This document shows, piece by piece, positions 51,988-60,838 of a DNA stretch of 64,000 nt. Position numbers and translations under genes: made by a program. Source of the DNA: Alphaproteobacteria bacterium (GTDB lineage: Bacteria > Pseudomonadota > Alphaproteobacteria > Bin95); assembly GCA_965205265.1 (NCBI GenBank), contig CBDBGH010000003.1, positions 3,904,001 to 3,968,000 on the forward strand. The letters are read 5' to 3'. Below the pieces are notes generated by a model, which made no database searches, had not been told where the DNA came from, and was given only the letters and a program-made list of their open reading frames with translations. Positions within the stretch are counted from its first letter, which is position 1; each line of letters starts with the position of its first letter.

Positions 51988-52184
51988 GGATTACCCCGAT
52001 TGCTTCATATATCCCGCAGGATTCGCCGTGTTCGCGACTTTCATCTCAACCTTCATATGTCTGAATGAATTTCGAACGATACCGTTGTATCGAATGCCGG
52101 AAACCGCGCGCAATCGTGAGTTTCAAGAGCGCAGCGCTCTTGCCGCCGGAAGACCGGGCGGCCGGAACGCAACGCGCCGGGCGG

Positions 52185-52808
52185 TCACGGTTGCAGCCTC
52201 TCCCTCGTCCACGCCCCCCCTTCGGCGCGGCACACGATTCGGTCGTGCAGGCGGTGCTCTCCCCGCCGCCAGAACTCGATGCGCGAGGGCCGGAGCCGGA
52301 AGCCGCCCCAGAAGACCGGCCGCGGGATGTCGGCCCCGCCGAACCGCGCCTCCATCTCCGCAACGCGCGCCTCGAGCGCCGGCCGGTCCGCCACAGGCTC
52401 CGACTGGCGGGACGCCCAGGCGCCGATCCGGCTGCCGCGCTCACGGCTTTCGAAATAGGCGTCGGAGACCGCGTCCTCGACGCGCGCAACCCGTCCCTCC
52501 ACCCGCAATTGGCGGTCCAGAACGCGCCAGTGGAAGGTCAGCGCCGCCAGCGGCCGGGCGGCAAGCTCGCGGCCCTTGCGGCTTTCGTAGTTGGTGTAGA
52601 AGACCAGCCCTTGCGCCTCGACCGCCTTCACCAGCACGATGCGGCAGGACGGCATGCCGTCCGCGCCCACCGTGGCGAGCGCGGCGGCGTTGGCGTCCAC
52701 CGGCTCGCAGGCTTCGGCTTCCTCGATCCAGCGCCGGACGGCGCGCACCGGGTCGCGCCCGATTTCATCCTCTTCCGCGTCCAGGGCAATCGCTTTTGGA
52801 TTTGTCAT
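52185..52808 (-). CDS. pdxH: Pyridoxamine 5'-phosphate oxidase
   Basis: RIVLVK, FYTNYESRKG, RQLRVEG, SRIGAWASRQS, EFW....HRLHDR. Confidence 0.93.
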   Translation of the reverse strand: MTNPKAIALDAEEDEIGRDPVRAVRRWIEEAEACEPVDANAAALATVGADGMPSCRIVLVKAVEAQGLVFYTNYESRKGRELAARPLAALTFHWRVLDRQLRVEGRVARVEDAVSDAYFESRERGSRIGAWASRQSEPVADRPALEARVAEMEARFGGADIPRPVFWGGFRLRPSRIEFWRRGEHRLHDRIVCRAEGGAWTRERLQP

Positions 52809-52821
52809 GCGTGAACACCCC

Positions 52822-53062
52822 CGTCATGCCCGAACGCCCCCTTCGACAAGCTCAGGGCAGGCTCCTCCGTCATACCCGGACTTGATCCGGGTATCTCTCT
52901 CCACCGCTTCCGCCGAACGGCCGCATGGATACCCGGAACAAGTCCGGGTATGACGGGAAGGGGATATGACCGGAAGAGCGTCGGGGCTTCGATTCGACCG
53001 GCGCCCTCGAAACCCGGTTGAATCCCGGTCACGCGCCCTGCTCGCAAATCTTCAAAGCGATT
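52822..53062. repeat. REP-like doublet plus MITE-like segment
   Basis: GTCATACCCGGACTTGATCCGGGTATC ... GATACCCGGAACAAGTCCGGGTATGAC; CCCTCGAAACCCGGTTGAAT block shared with about 20935 and 29311. Confidence 0.85.
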
Positions 53063-53197
53063 ACCCTGCTTCCGCGTCTTGCATCCCTTGACGAACCGCC
53101 CCAAGAGCACCTTATTGGAGAGTGGATATCCACAATAGGCCGGCCCGCTGCCGAGGCAAGCGCGCGGTTCCGGCCGGAACCAAGGGGCGGTTTTCCG

Positions 53198-53674
53198 ATG
53201 AAACAAGCACTCGCCGTTGCGGCAGCCGTCTTCCTGCTGGCCGCCTGCGGCCCCGATCAGGGCCCCAAGCAGACCCTCGGCACCATTATCGGCGGCGTCG
53301 GCGGCGCCGTGCTCGGCAATGAGGTCGGCAAGGGCCGCGGGCGCAAGGTGGCGATCGCCGCCGGCACGCTGCTCGGCGCCATGCTCGGCAGCCGGCTCGG
53401 CCGCCAGCTGGACGAAGCCGACCGCATTGTGGCCGCGGAGACCACGCAGGGCGCGCTGGAACGCGGGCGCACCGGCGACCGGTCGGAATGGGAGAATCCG
53501 GACAGCGGCAATTCGGGCTGGGTCGTGCCGACGCGCACCTGGCAGGAGGATTCCGGCCGGTATTGCCGCGAGTACCAGACCGGCATCGTCGTCGGCGGCG
53601 AGGAGCAGACCGCCTACGGCACGGCCTGCCGCCAGCCGGACGGCAGCTGGAAAATCGTCCAGCCCGCGGCCTGA
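53198..53674 (+). CDS. 17-kDa surface antigen-type lipoprotein (glycine zipper)
   Basis: Lipobox LAAC, glycine zipper, WENPDSGNSG, CREYQ, GTACRQPDGSW. Confidence 0.9.
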   Translation: MKQALAVAAAVFLLAACGPDQGPKQTLGTIIGGVGGAVLGNEVGKGRGRKVAIAAGTLLGAMLGSRLGRQLDEADRIVAAETTQGALERGRTGDRSEWENPDSGNSGWVVPTRTWQEDSGRYCREYQTGIVVGGEEQTAYGTACRQPDGSWKIVQPAA

Positions 53675-54531
53675 TGCGCGACCCCTATGCGGCGCTCGGT
53701 TGCCCGCGCGACGCCGACGCCGGAACGCTGAAGCGCGCTTACCGGCGTATCGTCAAGGAGAACCACCCGGACCGCAATCCGGGCGACGCGAACGCCGAGG
53801 CGCGTTTCAAGGAAGCCGCCTCCGCATGGGACCTGCTGGGCGACCCGGACAAACGCGCCCGCTTCGACCGGGGCGAGATCGACGCCGAGGGCCGCGAGCG
53901 CGCGCCATTCGGCGGGTTCGGCAATTTCGGCACACAGGGCGGGTTCGACCCCGGAGACCTGTTCGGCGACATCTTCTCCGGCTTCCGCAACCGCCCCAGG
54001 CGCGGCGCCGACATGCGCTACCGGGTCGCGGTGCCGTTCATCGACGCGGCCAAAGGCGGCACGGTGCGGCTCACCCTGAAATCCGGGCGGAGCATCGCGC
54101 TCAAGGTGCCGCCCGCCACGGAGGACGGCGCGCGGCTCAGGCTTGCCGGGCGCGGCGAACCCGGCCCGTCCGGCGGGCCGCCCGGCGATGCGGAGGTCGA
54201 GATTTCGGTCGAGCCGCATCCCTGGTTCCGGCGCGAAGGCCGCACCGTCCTGGTCGATCTGCCGGTCTCGCTCGCCGAGGCCGTCCGGGGCGGCAGGGTG
54301 CGCGCGCCGACGCTGGACGGCCCGGTGACGGTGCGGATCGCGCCGATGACGAGCTCAGGCGCGCGGCTGAGACTGAAGGGCAAGGGCGTGCCCGACCCCG
54401 AGGGCGGCCCGCGCGGCGACCAGATCCTGCGCGTGATGATCCAGCTCCCGCGCGACCCCGACCCGGCGCTTGCCGAGGCGGCCGAGGACCGCGCGGACGC
54501 GGACCCCCGCGTCGAAGCCGGGATGGCCTGA
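53674..54531 (+). CDS. DnaJ-class co-chaperone without Zn finger (CbpA-like)
   Basis: MRDPY..LG, HPD motif, C-terminal LRLKGKG. Confidence 0.9.
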   Translation: MRDPYAALGCPRDADAGTLKRAYRRIVKENHPDRNPGDANAEARFKEAASAWDLLGDPDKRARFDRGEIDAEGRERAPFGGFGNFGTQGGFDPGDLFGDIFSGFRNRPRRGADMRYRVAVPFIDAAKGGTVRLTLKSGRSIALKVPPATEDGARLRLAGRGEPGPSGGPPGDAEVEISVEPHPWFRREGRTVLVDLPVSLAEAVRGGRVRAPTLDGPVTVRIAPMTSSGARLRLKGKGVPDPEGGPRGDQILRVMIQLPRDPDPALAEAAEDRADADPRVEAGMA

Positions 54532-54546
54532 CGCGGGAACGCCGGC

Positions 54547-55962
54547 TCAGTCGTCGTCCACCTCCGGCATCAGCACGAACTCCGGATAGGCCTCGATGCC
54601 GAGCTCGGCGGCGTCCTGGCCGAGTTCCTCGACCGTCTCGGACACGCGCGCGCCCATCGTGTATTTGAGGCCGAGCCAGATGAGCAGCGAGGCGCCGAAG
54701 ACGAAGGCGCCGACGGCCAGCACGCCGGTGAGCTGGACCAGCACGTCGCCGCCCGCGGCGATGCAGACCGCCATCGTGCCCCAGATGCCGGCGAAGAGAT
54801 GCGCCGGGACCGCGCCCACCACATCGTCGATCCTGAGCACCTCTAGGAATTTCAGGCCCGCGGTGGTGACCGCGCCGCCGACCAGGCCGATGACGACCGC
54901 CCAGTAATGCTCGACGATGTCCGGCCCGGCGGTGATCGCGACCAGGCCGCCGATGGCGCCGTTCAGGCCCGCCAGCAGGTCGATGCGCCCGAACAGCGGC
55001 CGCGCCAGCGCCAGCGCGGCCAGCACGCCGGCGGCAGCCGCAAGGTTGGTGTTGGCGAGGATGTTGGCGAGCGCGACCGCGTCCGCCGCGCCGCCCAGCG
55101 CCAGCTGCGAGCCGCCGTTGAAGCCGAACCAGCCGAGCCAGAGGATGAAGACGCCGAGCGTGACGGCCGGCACGTTGGAGGGCGGCGTTGCCCTCGGGGA
55201 GCCGTCGGCGCGGAACTTGTGCTTACGGGGCCCGACGATCACCGCGCCGGCGAGCGCCGCCCAGCCGCCGGTGGAGTGGACGATGGTGGAGCCGGCGAAG
55301 TCCTGGAAGCCCAGCGCCGAGAGCCAGCCGCCGCCCCAGGTCCAGGCGCCGACGATGGGATAGACGATGGCGGTCAGGATGGCGATGAAGACGAAGAACG
55401 AGGGGAGCTTGACGCGCTCGGCCAGCGTGCCGGAGACGATGGAGGCCGTCGTCGCCACGAACACCATCTGGAAGAACCAGTCGGACATGACGGCATAGCC
55501 GTTGCCGACCACGGCCTCGGCCGCGCCGGCATCGCCGCCGAGGAGCGCGATCTCGTCGGCGCTCGTGCCGTAGAGGAAGGTGAAGGTCCCGATCCAGCCG
55601 CCCTCTTCCACGCCGACATACATGAGGTTGTAGCCGAGGAAGTAGAAGGTGAGCCCGGCGATGGAATAGAGGCCGATATTCTTCAGGCAGATGACCGAGG
55701 CGTTCTTGGTGCGCACCGAGCCCGATTCGAGCATGGTGAAGCCGGCGCACATCCACATGACGAGCGCGCCCCAGACGAGGAAGGCGAAGCTGTCGAGGAC
55801 GAATTTCGTCTCCCCCTCGACGGCCGCCCCGGCGGCGTCGGGGTACAGCAGGAAAAGCGACGCCGTCAGGACGGCGAGGACCGCCGCAATCCGGGGCGCG
55901 GGTGAAACAGCGGACAGCCTTTCTTGCGGGCGAAAACCGGCTCTTTCCTTTGCATGCTTCAT
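54547..55962 (-). CDS. amtB: Ammonium transporter
   Basis: FFQMVFVAT, DFAGSTIVHSTGG, WLGWFGFNGGS, IDDVVGAVPAH; start uncertain. Confidence 0.93.
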   Translation of the reverse strand: MKHAKERAGFRPQERLSAVSPAPRIAAVLAVLTASLFLLYPDAAGAAVEGETKFVLDSFAFLVWGALVMWMCAGFTMLESGSVRTKNASVICLKNIGLYSIAGLTFYFLGYNLMYVGVEEGGWIGTFTFLYGTSADEIALLGGDAGAAEAVVGNGYAVMSDWFFQMVFVATTASIVSGTLAERVKLPSFFVFIAILTAIVYPIVGAWTWGGGWLSALGFQDFAGSTIVHSTGGWAALAGAVIVGPRKHKFRADGSPRATPPSNVPAVTLGVFILWLGWFGFNGGSQLALGGAADAVALANILANTNLAAAAGVLAALALARPLFGRIDLLAGLNGAIGGLVAITAGPDIVEHYWAVVIGLVGGAVTTAGLKFLEVLRIDDVVGAVPAHLFAGIWGTMAVCIAAGGDVLVQLTGVLAVGAFVFGASLLIWLGLKYTMGARVSETVEELGQDAAELGIEAYPEFVLMPEVDDD

Positions 55963-56056
55963 GATTCCTCCCAGAGCGGCGGTCCCTGCGGACCGCGACG
56001 CCATCGTTCCGCGGGAAATGCAAGAGCGGGCGCATTATACCCGATTCGCATGCCGC

Positions 56057-56476
56057 CTAACCCGTCCGTTTCCTGCGCGGCCGGCCTCCTTTCGCGCCGT
56101 TCGTGCGGGACGCGGCGGCTTTGGCGGGCGTTGTGGTGCGACCGGCCCTGCGCGCCCACTCCTTCGCCATCCAGTCCCGCGTGCCGAACACGCCGGCGAC
56201 CAGGGCGGGGACATAAAGGTCGGCGTCGAGCGCGGGCCAGTGCAGGTTGAAGCCCGCGCCGTCGACCGCGACGCCGGACAACGCCTCATCGTCCGCGCCC
56301 TGCAACTCCTGGGCCAGCTCCGCGGGAAAGATGTAGGTACAGCCATTCGCGAGTTCGACCGCTACGCGGCCCGTTTCGCGGTCGTAGCGCGCTGCAACGG
56401 CCCGGGGCTCGGACTTCATCATCTCGCGGCCGCGCGCTTCGGCGGCCTCGAACCCGGAGTCAGTCAGATCGACCAT
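56057..56476 (-). CDS. DUF2442 family protein (long form, basic C-terminal tail)
   Basis: LHWPALDADLYVPALVAGVFG, KAAASRTNGAKGGRPR. Confidence 0.88.
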   Translation of the reverse strand: MVDLTDSGFEAAEARGREMMKSEPRAVAARYDRETGRVAVELANGCTYIFPAELAQELQGADDEALSGVAVDGAGFNLHWPALDADLYVPALVAGVFGTRDWMAKEWARRAGRTTTPAKAAASRTNGAKGGRPRRKRTG

Positions 56477-56708
56477 GAATACGCTCCCATTCCCGCATGA
56501 GCCGGTTCCGGTGCTCTGTCACCTCCGCAAGCAGGCGCCGCATATCCGACTTCTTGATGCCGATGACATCCACAACTTCCGGGCGACCGTCCGACCCAAG
56601 CAGATCGACCTTCGCCCGCCCCGCCCCGACGATATGAACATGCGCCGGCTCGTGGTCCTGGGTGTAGATGACGACCCGGAAGCCGTGAGCACGGTGAACG
56701 ACGACCAT
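56460..56708 (-). CDS. DUF4160 family protein (putative toxin)
   Basis: VIYTQDHEPAHVH, EWERIHG; overlaps its DUF2442 partner. Confidence 0.88.
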   Translation of the reverse strand: MVVVHRAHGFRVVIYTQDHEPAHVHIVGAGRAKVDLLGSDGRPEVVDVIGIKKSDMRRLLAEVTEHRNRLMREWERIHGRSD

Positions 56709-56870
56709 AAATCACTATAACCCATCCGTTGGGTTTTTGCAGGCGGTCGGTCACGCATATATTTGCACGGAACGGAGGTCAAGCAGGACGCCCGATCGCT
56801 TTCATCTCCCCTTCTTCGGAATCGGTTCCCGGCAGGCTATGGTGTTGCGGCAGTCGAGGCGGAGGCGGCG

Positions 56871-57914
56871 ATGACGGAGCGGGCGGCGTTCTACGAGGAG
56901 ATCGGAGCGCGCAACCTGGCGCCGCTCTGGGAGGTCATGGCCGGGCTGATCACGCCCGAGCCCGCCAGCGCCTGCCGGCCCGCGCTCTGGCGCTGGGACG
57001 AGGTGCGCGGCCCGGTCATGGAATCGGGCGCCGTCATCAGCGCGGCGGAGGCCGAGCGGCGCGTGCTGGTGCTGGAGAATCCGGGGCTCAGGGGCACCTC
57101 GCGCATCACCACCTCGCTCTATGCCGGCTTGCAGCTCGTTCTGCCCGGCGAGGTCGCGCCCGCCCACCGCCACAGCCAGTCGGCGCTGCGCTTCGTGGTG
57201 GAGGGCGAAGGCGCCTACACCGCGGTCGAGGGCGAGCGCACCACCATGGCGGAGGGCGATTTCGTCATCACCCCGCACTGGACCTGGCACGACCACGGCA
57301 ACGACTCCGACCGGGCGATGATCTGGCTCGACGGGCTGGACATCCCGATGGTGCAGTTGTTCGACGCCTCCTTCGCCGAACGGCTCGGCGACGACCGCCA
57401 GCCGCTCTCGCGGCCGGAGGGCGACAGCCTCGCCCGCTACGGCCAGGGGCTGCTGCCGGTGGACCACGAGCCGGGCTCGCCGGCCTCGCCGGTGTTCAAC
57501 TATCCCTATGCCCGCTCGCGCGAGGCGCTGGAGGCCATGCGCCGGCGCGAGGCCTGGGACCCCTGCCACGGGCTGAAGCTGCGCTACGCCAACCCGGTGG
57601 ACGGCGGCTACGCCATGCCCACCATCGCCGCGCATCTGCAGCTGCTGCCTGCCGGCTTCGAGACGGCAAGCTATCGCGCGACGGACGCGGCGGTGTTCGC
57701 GGTCGTGGAAGGCCGCGGCGAGACGCGCATCGGCGATGAGGCGGTGTTCGCCTGGGGGCCGCGCGACATTTTCGTGGCGCCGAGCTGGCACGGCGTGAGG
57801 CACAGCGCCGCCGAAGACGCCGTGCTGTTCAGCTTCTCGGACCGCGTCGTGCAGGAAAAGCTCGGCCTCTGGCGCGAAGACCGCGGCAACGCCCGGACGG
57901 GGGACGCAGGATGA
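56871..57914 (+). CDS. gtdA: Gentisate 1,2-dioxygenase
   Basis: AERRVLVLENPGL, LYAGLQL, APAHRHSQSALRF, WHDHGN, WLDGLDIP. Confidence 0.92.
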   Translation: MTERAAFYEEIGARNLAPLWEVMAGLITPEPASACRPALWRWDEVRGPVMESGAVISAAEAERRVLVLENPGLRGTSRITTSLYAGLQLVLPGEVAPAHRHSQSALRFVVEGEGAYTAVEGERTTMAEGDFVITPHWTWHDHGNDSDRAMIWLDGLDIPMVQLFDASFAERLGDDRQPLSRPEGDSLARYGQGLLPVDHEPGSPASPVFNYPYARSREALEAMRRREAWDPCHGLKLRYANPVDGGYAMPTIAAHLQLLPAGFETASYRATDAAVFAVVEGRGETRIGDEAVFAWGPRDIFVAPSWHGVRHSAAEDAVLFSFSDRVVQEKLGLWREDRGNARTGDAG

Positions 57915-58795
57915 CCGGACTCGACACGGGCCTGACGGCCTGGCGGATGACGAGCAACCACAACCGGATGATCGCACTGCAGGCCGACCGCTCGCCGGCG
58001 CGCGACGGGCCGGTCGAGATCGCCTATTTCGGCAGCTCGGCCTTCCGGATCGCCTCGCCGAAGGGGGTCACCGTCATGGTCGATCCCTGGCGCAACCACC
58101 CCTCGCGCCGCTGGGACTGGTATTTCCGCGACTTCCCGGTGACGGCAGTGGATATCGGCGCGTCCACCCATGCGCATTTCGACCATGACGCGCTGCACCG
58201 GCTGGATGCGCATGTGCTGCTCGACAGGCCGATCGGCCGCTACGAGTTCGCCGATGTCGCCATTCGCGGCATTGCCGACAAGCACGCCACGGACTCGAGC
58301 CAGGCGCTCTACGACTTCAAGAAGATCCACCGGGCCTTCGGCGGCGCGGACATCGAGCCGCCGGACAATCCGCGCTCCTGGGACAACTGCCTCATCACGG
58401 TCGAGACCGGGGGGCTGCGCATCCTCCACTGGGGCGACAACCGCCACAACCCGCCGCCGGAGGTCTGGGAGGCGCTCGGGCGGATCGACATCGCGCTGCT
58501 GCCCGTGGACGGCTCGCAGCACGTCATGGGCTTCGCTATGGTGGAGCACATCATCGACACGCTCCGGCCCCGCGTCGTCATCCCGCACCACTACTACATC
58601 TGGGACGTGGTGCAGCGGCAGAGCACGCTGCAACCGGCCGACGCCTGGGTGGACGCGCGCGCCGGCGCGGAAAAGCTCGACGGCCCGAGCCGCGCTTACA
58701 CGGCGGCGGACATTCGCGGCCTCGACCGGGCGGTCCATTTCTTCGGCGACCATGTGGCCTTCGACCGGGAGGCCTGGCACCGCGACAGCGGCTGA
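57911..58795 (+). CDS. Metallo-beta-lactamase-fold hydrolase
   Basis: THAHFDHD, LHWGD, VIPHHY. Confidence 0.85.
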   Translation: MTGLDTGLTAWRMTSNHNRMIALQADRSPARDGPVEIAYFGSSAFRIASPKGVTVMVDPWRNHPSRRWDWYFRDFPVTAVDIGASTHAHFDHDALHRLDAHVLLDRPIGRYEFADVAIRGIADKHATDSSQALYDFKKIHRAFGGADIEPPDNPRSWDNCLITVETGGLRILHWGDNRHNPPPEVWEALGRIDIALLPVDGSQHVMGFAMVEHIIDTLRPRVVIPHHYYIWDVVQRQSTLQPADAWVDARAGAEKLDGPSRAYTAADIRGLDRAVHFFGDHVAFDREAWHRDSG

Positions 58796-58797
58796 GG

Positions 58798-59190
58798 CTA
58801 TTCCGGACCGCCCTGCCCCGGCGGCAGGCGCCTGTCCTTCTCCGCGCGATCCTCCAGCGCGCCGGCCAGATCGTCCTCCGCGCGTTCGAGCCGGTCCTGC
58901 ATCCGGTCCTGCCGCTCCTCGATCCGGTCCATACGGCTGTCGATCCGCTCGATGCTGCGGTCGAGCTTGTCCTCCATCCGCTCCAGGCTTTGCGCCATGC
59001 GGTCCACGCTCTCCCCCATCCGGTCCACGCTTTCGCTCAGCCGGTCCACGCCCTCGCCGATGCGGTCGATGCCCTCGCCCAGACGGTCCATGGAGCGGCG
59101 CATATAGGAGCGCAGCCAAAAGACCCCCGCGGCGATGACGGCGAGCGCGAGCCAGGGCGCCAGTTCGGTGAGGAGGGAGGACACGGACAT
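58798..59190 (-). CDS. Small membrane-anchored heptad-repeat protein
   Basis: TM helix then repeats of (V/I/M)DR(L/I/M)xEx (21-bp periodicity). Confidence 0.7.
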   Translation of the reverse strand: MSVSSLLTELAPWLALAVIAAGVFWLRSYMRRSMDRLGEGIDRIGEGVDRLSESVDRMGESVDRMAQSLERMEDKLDRSIERIDSRMDRIEERQDRMQDRLERAEDDLAGALEDRAEKDRRLPPGQGGPE

Positions 59191-59206
59191 GGGCGGCAGG
59201 CTCCCG

Positions 59207-59974
59207 TCAGATCGGCGGCACGCCCAGCAGGTCGAGCAGCCGGCGGACCTCATTGCGGGCCGCGACATGGCTCATGGAGAGCGACCGTTCGATGCCGGGC
59301 TGGCGCAGGTCCATCAGCCCGAGCCCGTCCGGGAACATCTCGCGGAAGATCGTGCGCTCGCCGAAGCCGGGCGCGATGTCGAACGCGAAGCGCCCGGCGA
59401 GGTCCCGCAGAAGGCCGCGGACTTCGCGCGTATTGTGCGAATCGACCTGGCGCACCCGGTTCAGCATCACGATCCAGTCGAGCGCCTTGCGGCCGGAGCT
59501 GGCGCGCACCATGCGCTGCTTCCAGACCATCTCCGCATAGACGCCCGGACGCGCCGAGGAGCGGGTGCCGGGGTCCAGCCGCCCGATCAGGTCCAGATCG
59601 ACATGGCTGTCGTTCAGCGGCGTGATGAGCACATCCGCATGGGCATGGGCGCGCTGGGCCGCCGGGTCGGGCCGGCCCGGGGTGTCGACCACCACGGCGT
59701 CGTGGCGCGCGGCGAGCGCCTCCAGCGCCCCGTCCAGCGCCTCCGGCCCGTCGGCGGTCTCGACCTCCGGCTCCGGCAGCGCGGTCCCGGTGCGTTCCGC
59801 ATAGGCGCGGCGGTTCCCGACCTGGCGCGACAGCGTCGCCTGGCGGGGGTCGAGGTCGATGCAGCCGACGGATTTGCCGGCGCGCAGCAGGCCGACGACG
59901 AGATTGAACGCCACCGTGGACTTGCCGGTGCCGCCCTTCTCATTGCCGAGGACATAGATACGAGTTTCGGTCAT
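59207..59974 (-). CDS. mipZ: Division-plane positioning ATPase MipZ
   Basis: GNEKGGTGKST, DLDPRQ, DTPG, TPLNDS.VD.D, ER.IFREMFP.GL. Confidence 0.9.
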   Translation of the reverse strand: MTETRIYVLGNEKGGTGKSTVAFNLVVGLLRAGKSVGCIDLDPRQATLSRQVGNRRAYAERTGTALPEPEVETADGPEALDGALEALAARHDAVVVDTPGRPDPAAQRAHAHADVLITPLNDSHVDLDLIGRLDPGTRSSARPGVYAEMVWKQRMVRASSGRKALDWIVMLNRVRQVDSHNTREVRGLLRDLAGRFAFDIAPGFGERTIFREMFPDGLGLMDLRQPGIERSLSMSHVAARNEVRRLLDLLGVPPI

Positions 59975-60031
59975 TTCGGGCCGTTTCATGCTACATGCAG
60001 GCCCATGGCCGCAAGAGCCGGAGGCAAGGAA

Positions 60032-60808
60032 ATGCGGATAGGCATCATCGGAGCCGGCGGGCGCATGGGCGGGCTGCTGGTGGAACTTGTGCGCGCGGCG
60101 GACGACCTGGAGCTCGCCGCGGCCTGCGAAGCGCCGGGCCATCCGGCCATCGGGCGCGACCTCGGCGGCGGCATCGCCATAGGGGACGACGCGGCGGCGG
60201 TGTTCGAGGCGGCCGAGGCGGCGATCGAATTCACCCTGCCCGGCCCGACCGTCGAGCATGCCGCGATGGCGGCCGCGGCCGGCACGCGCCATGTCATCGG
60301 CACCACCGGCCTCGATGCCGGGCAGGAGGCCGCGCTCGCGAAGGCGGCGGAGGCCCTGCCCATCGTCTATGCGCCCAATATGAGCGTGACCGTGAACGCG
60401 CTGTTCGCAACCGTCGAGCGCATGGCGGGCTTGCTTGGCGAGGAATACGACATCGAAATCTTCGAGATCCACCACAAGCACAAGGTGGATGCGCCCTCGG
60501 GCACGGCGGTCGGCCTCGGCCGGGCGGCGGCGGCGGGGCGCGGCGCCGATCTGGACGGGATCGCGCAATGGAGCCGCGAGGGCCACACCGGTGCGCGGCG
60601 CGCGGGCGATATCGGCTTCGCCACCCTGCGCGGCGGCAATGTGGTGGGCGAGCACACGGTCATGTTCGTCGCCGAGGGCGAGCGGCTCGAATTCACCCAT
60701 CGCTGCATGGACCGCTCGCTGTTCGCGCGCGGCGCGTTGCGCGCGGTGCGCTGGTCGGCGGGCAAGCCGCCCGGCCTCTACTCCATGCGCGACATTCTGG
60801 GCCTCTGA
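60032..60808 (+). CDS. dapB: 4-hydroxy-tetrahydrodipicolinate reductase
   Basis: GAGGRMG, IGTTG, EIHHKHKVDAPSGTA, RGGNVVGEH. Confidence 0.95.
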   Translation: MRIGIIGAGGRMGGLLVELVRAADDLELAAACEAPGHPAIGRDLGGGIAIGDDAAAVFEAAEAAIEFTLPGPTVEHAAMAAAAGTRHVIGTTGLDAGQEAALAKAAEALPIVYAPNMSVTVNALFATVERMAGLLGEEYDIEIFEIHHKHKVDAPSGTAVGLGRAAAAGRGADLDGIAQWSREGHTGARRAGDIGFATLRGGNVVGEHTVMFVAEGERLEFTHRCMDRSLFARGALRAVRWSAGKPPGLYSMRDILGL

Positions 60809-60838
60809 TCCGGGAGGACCGCGGCAACCGGCACAGAC

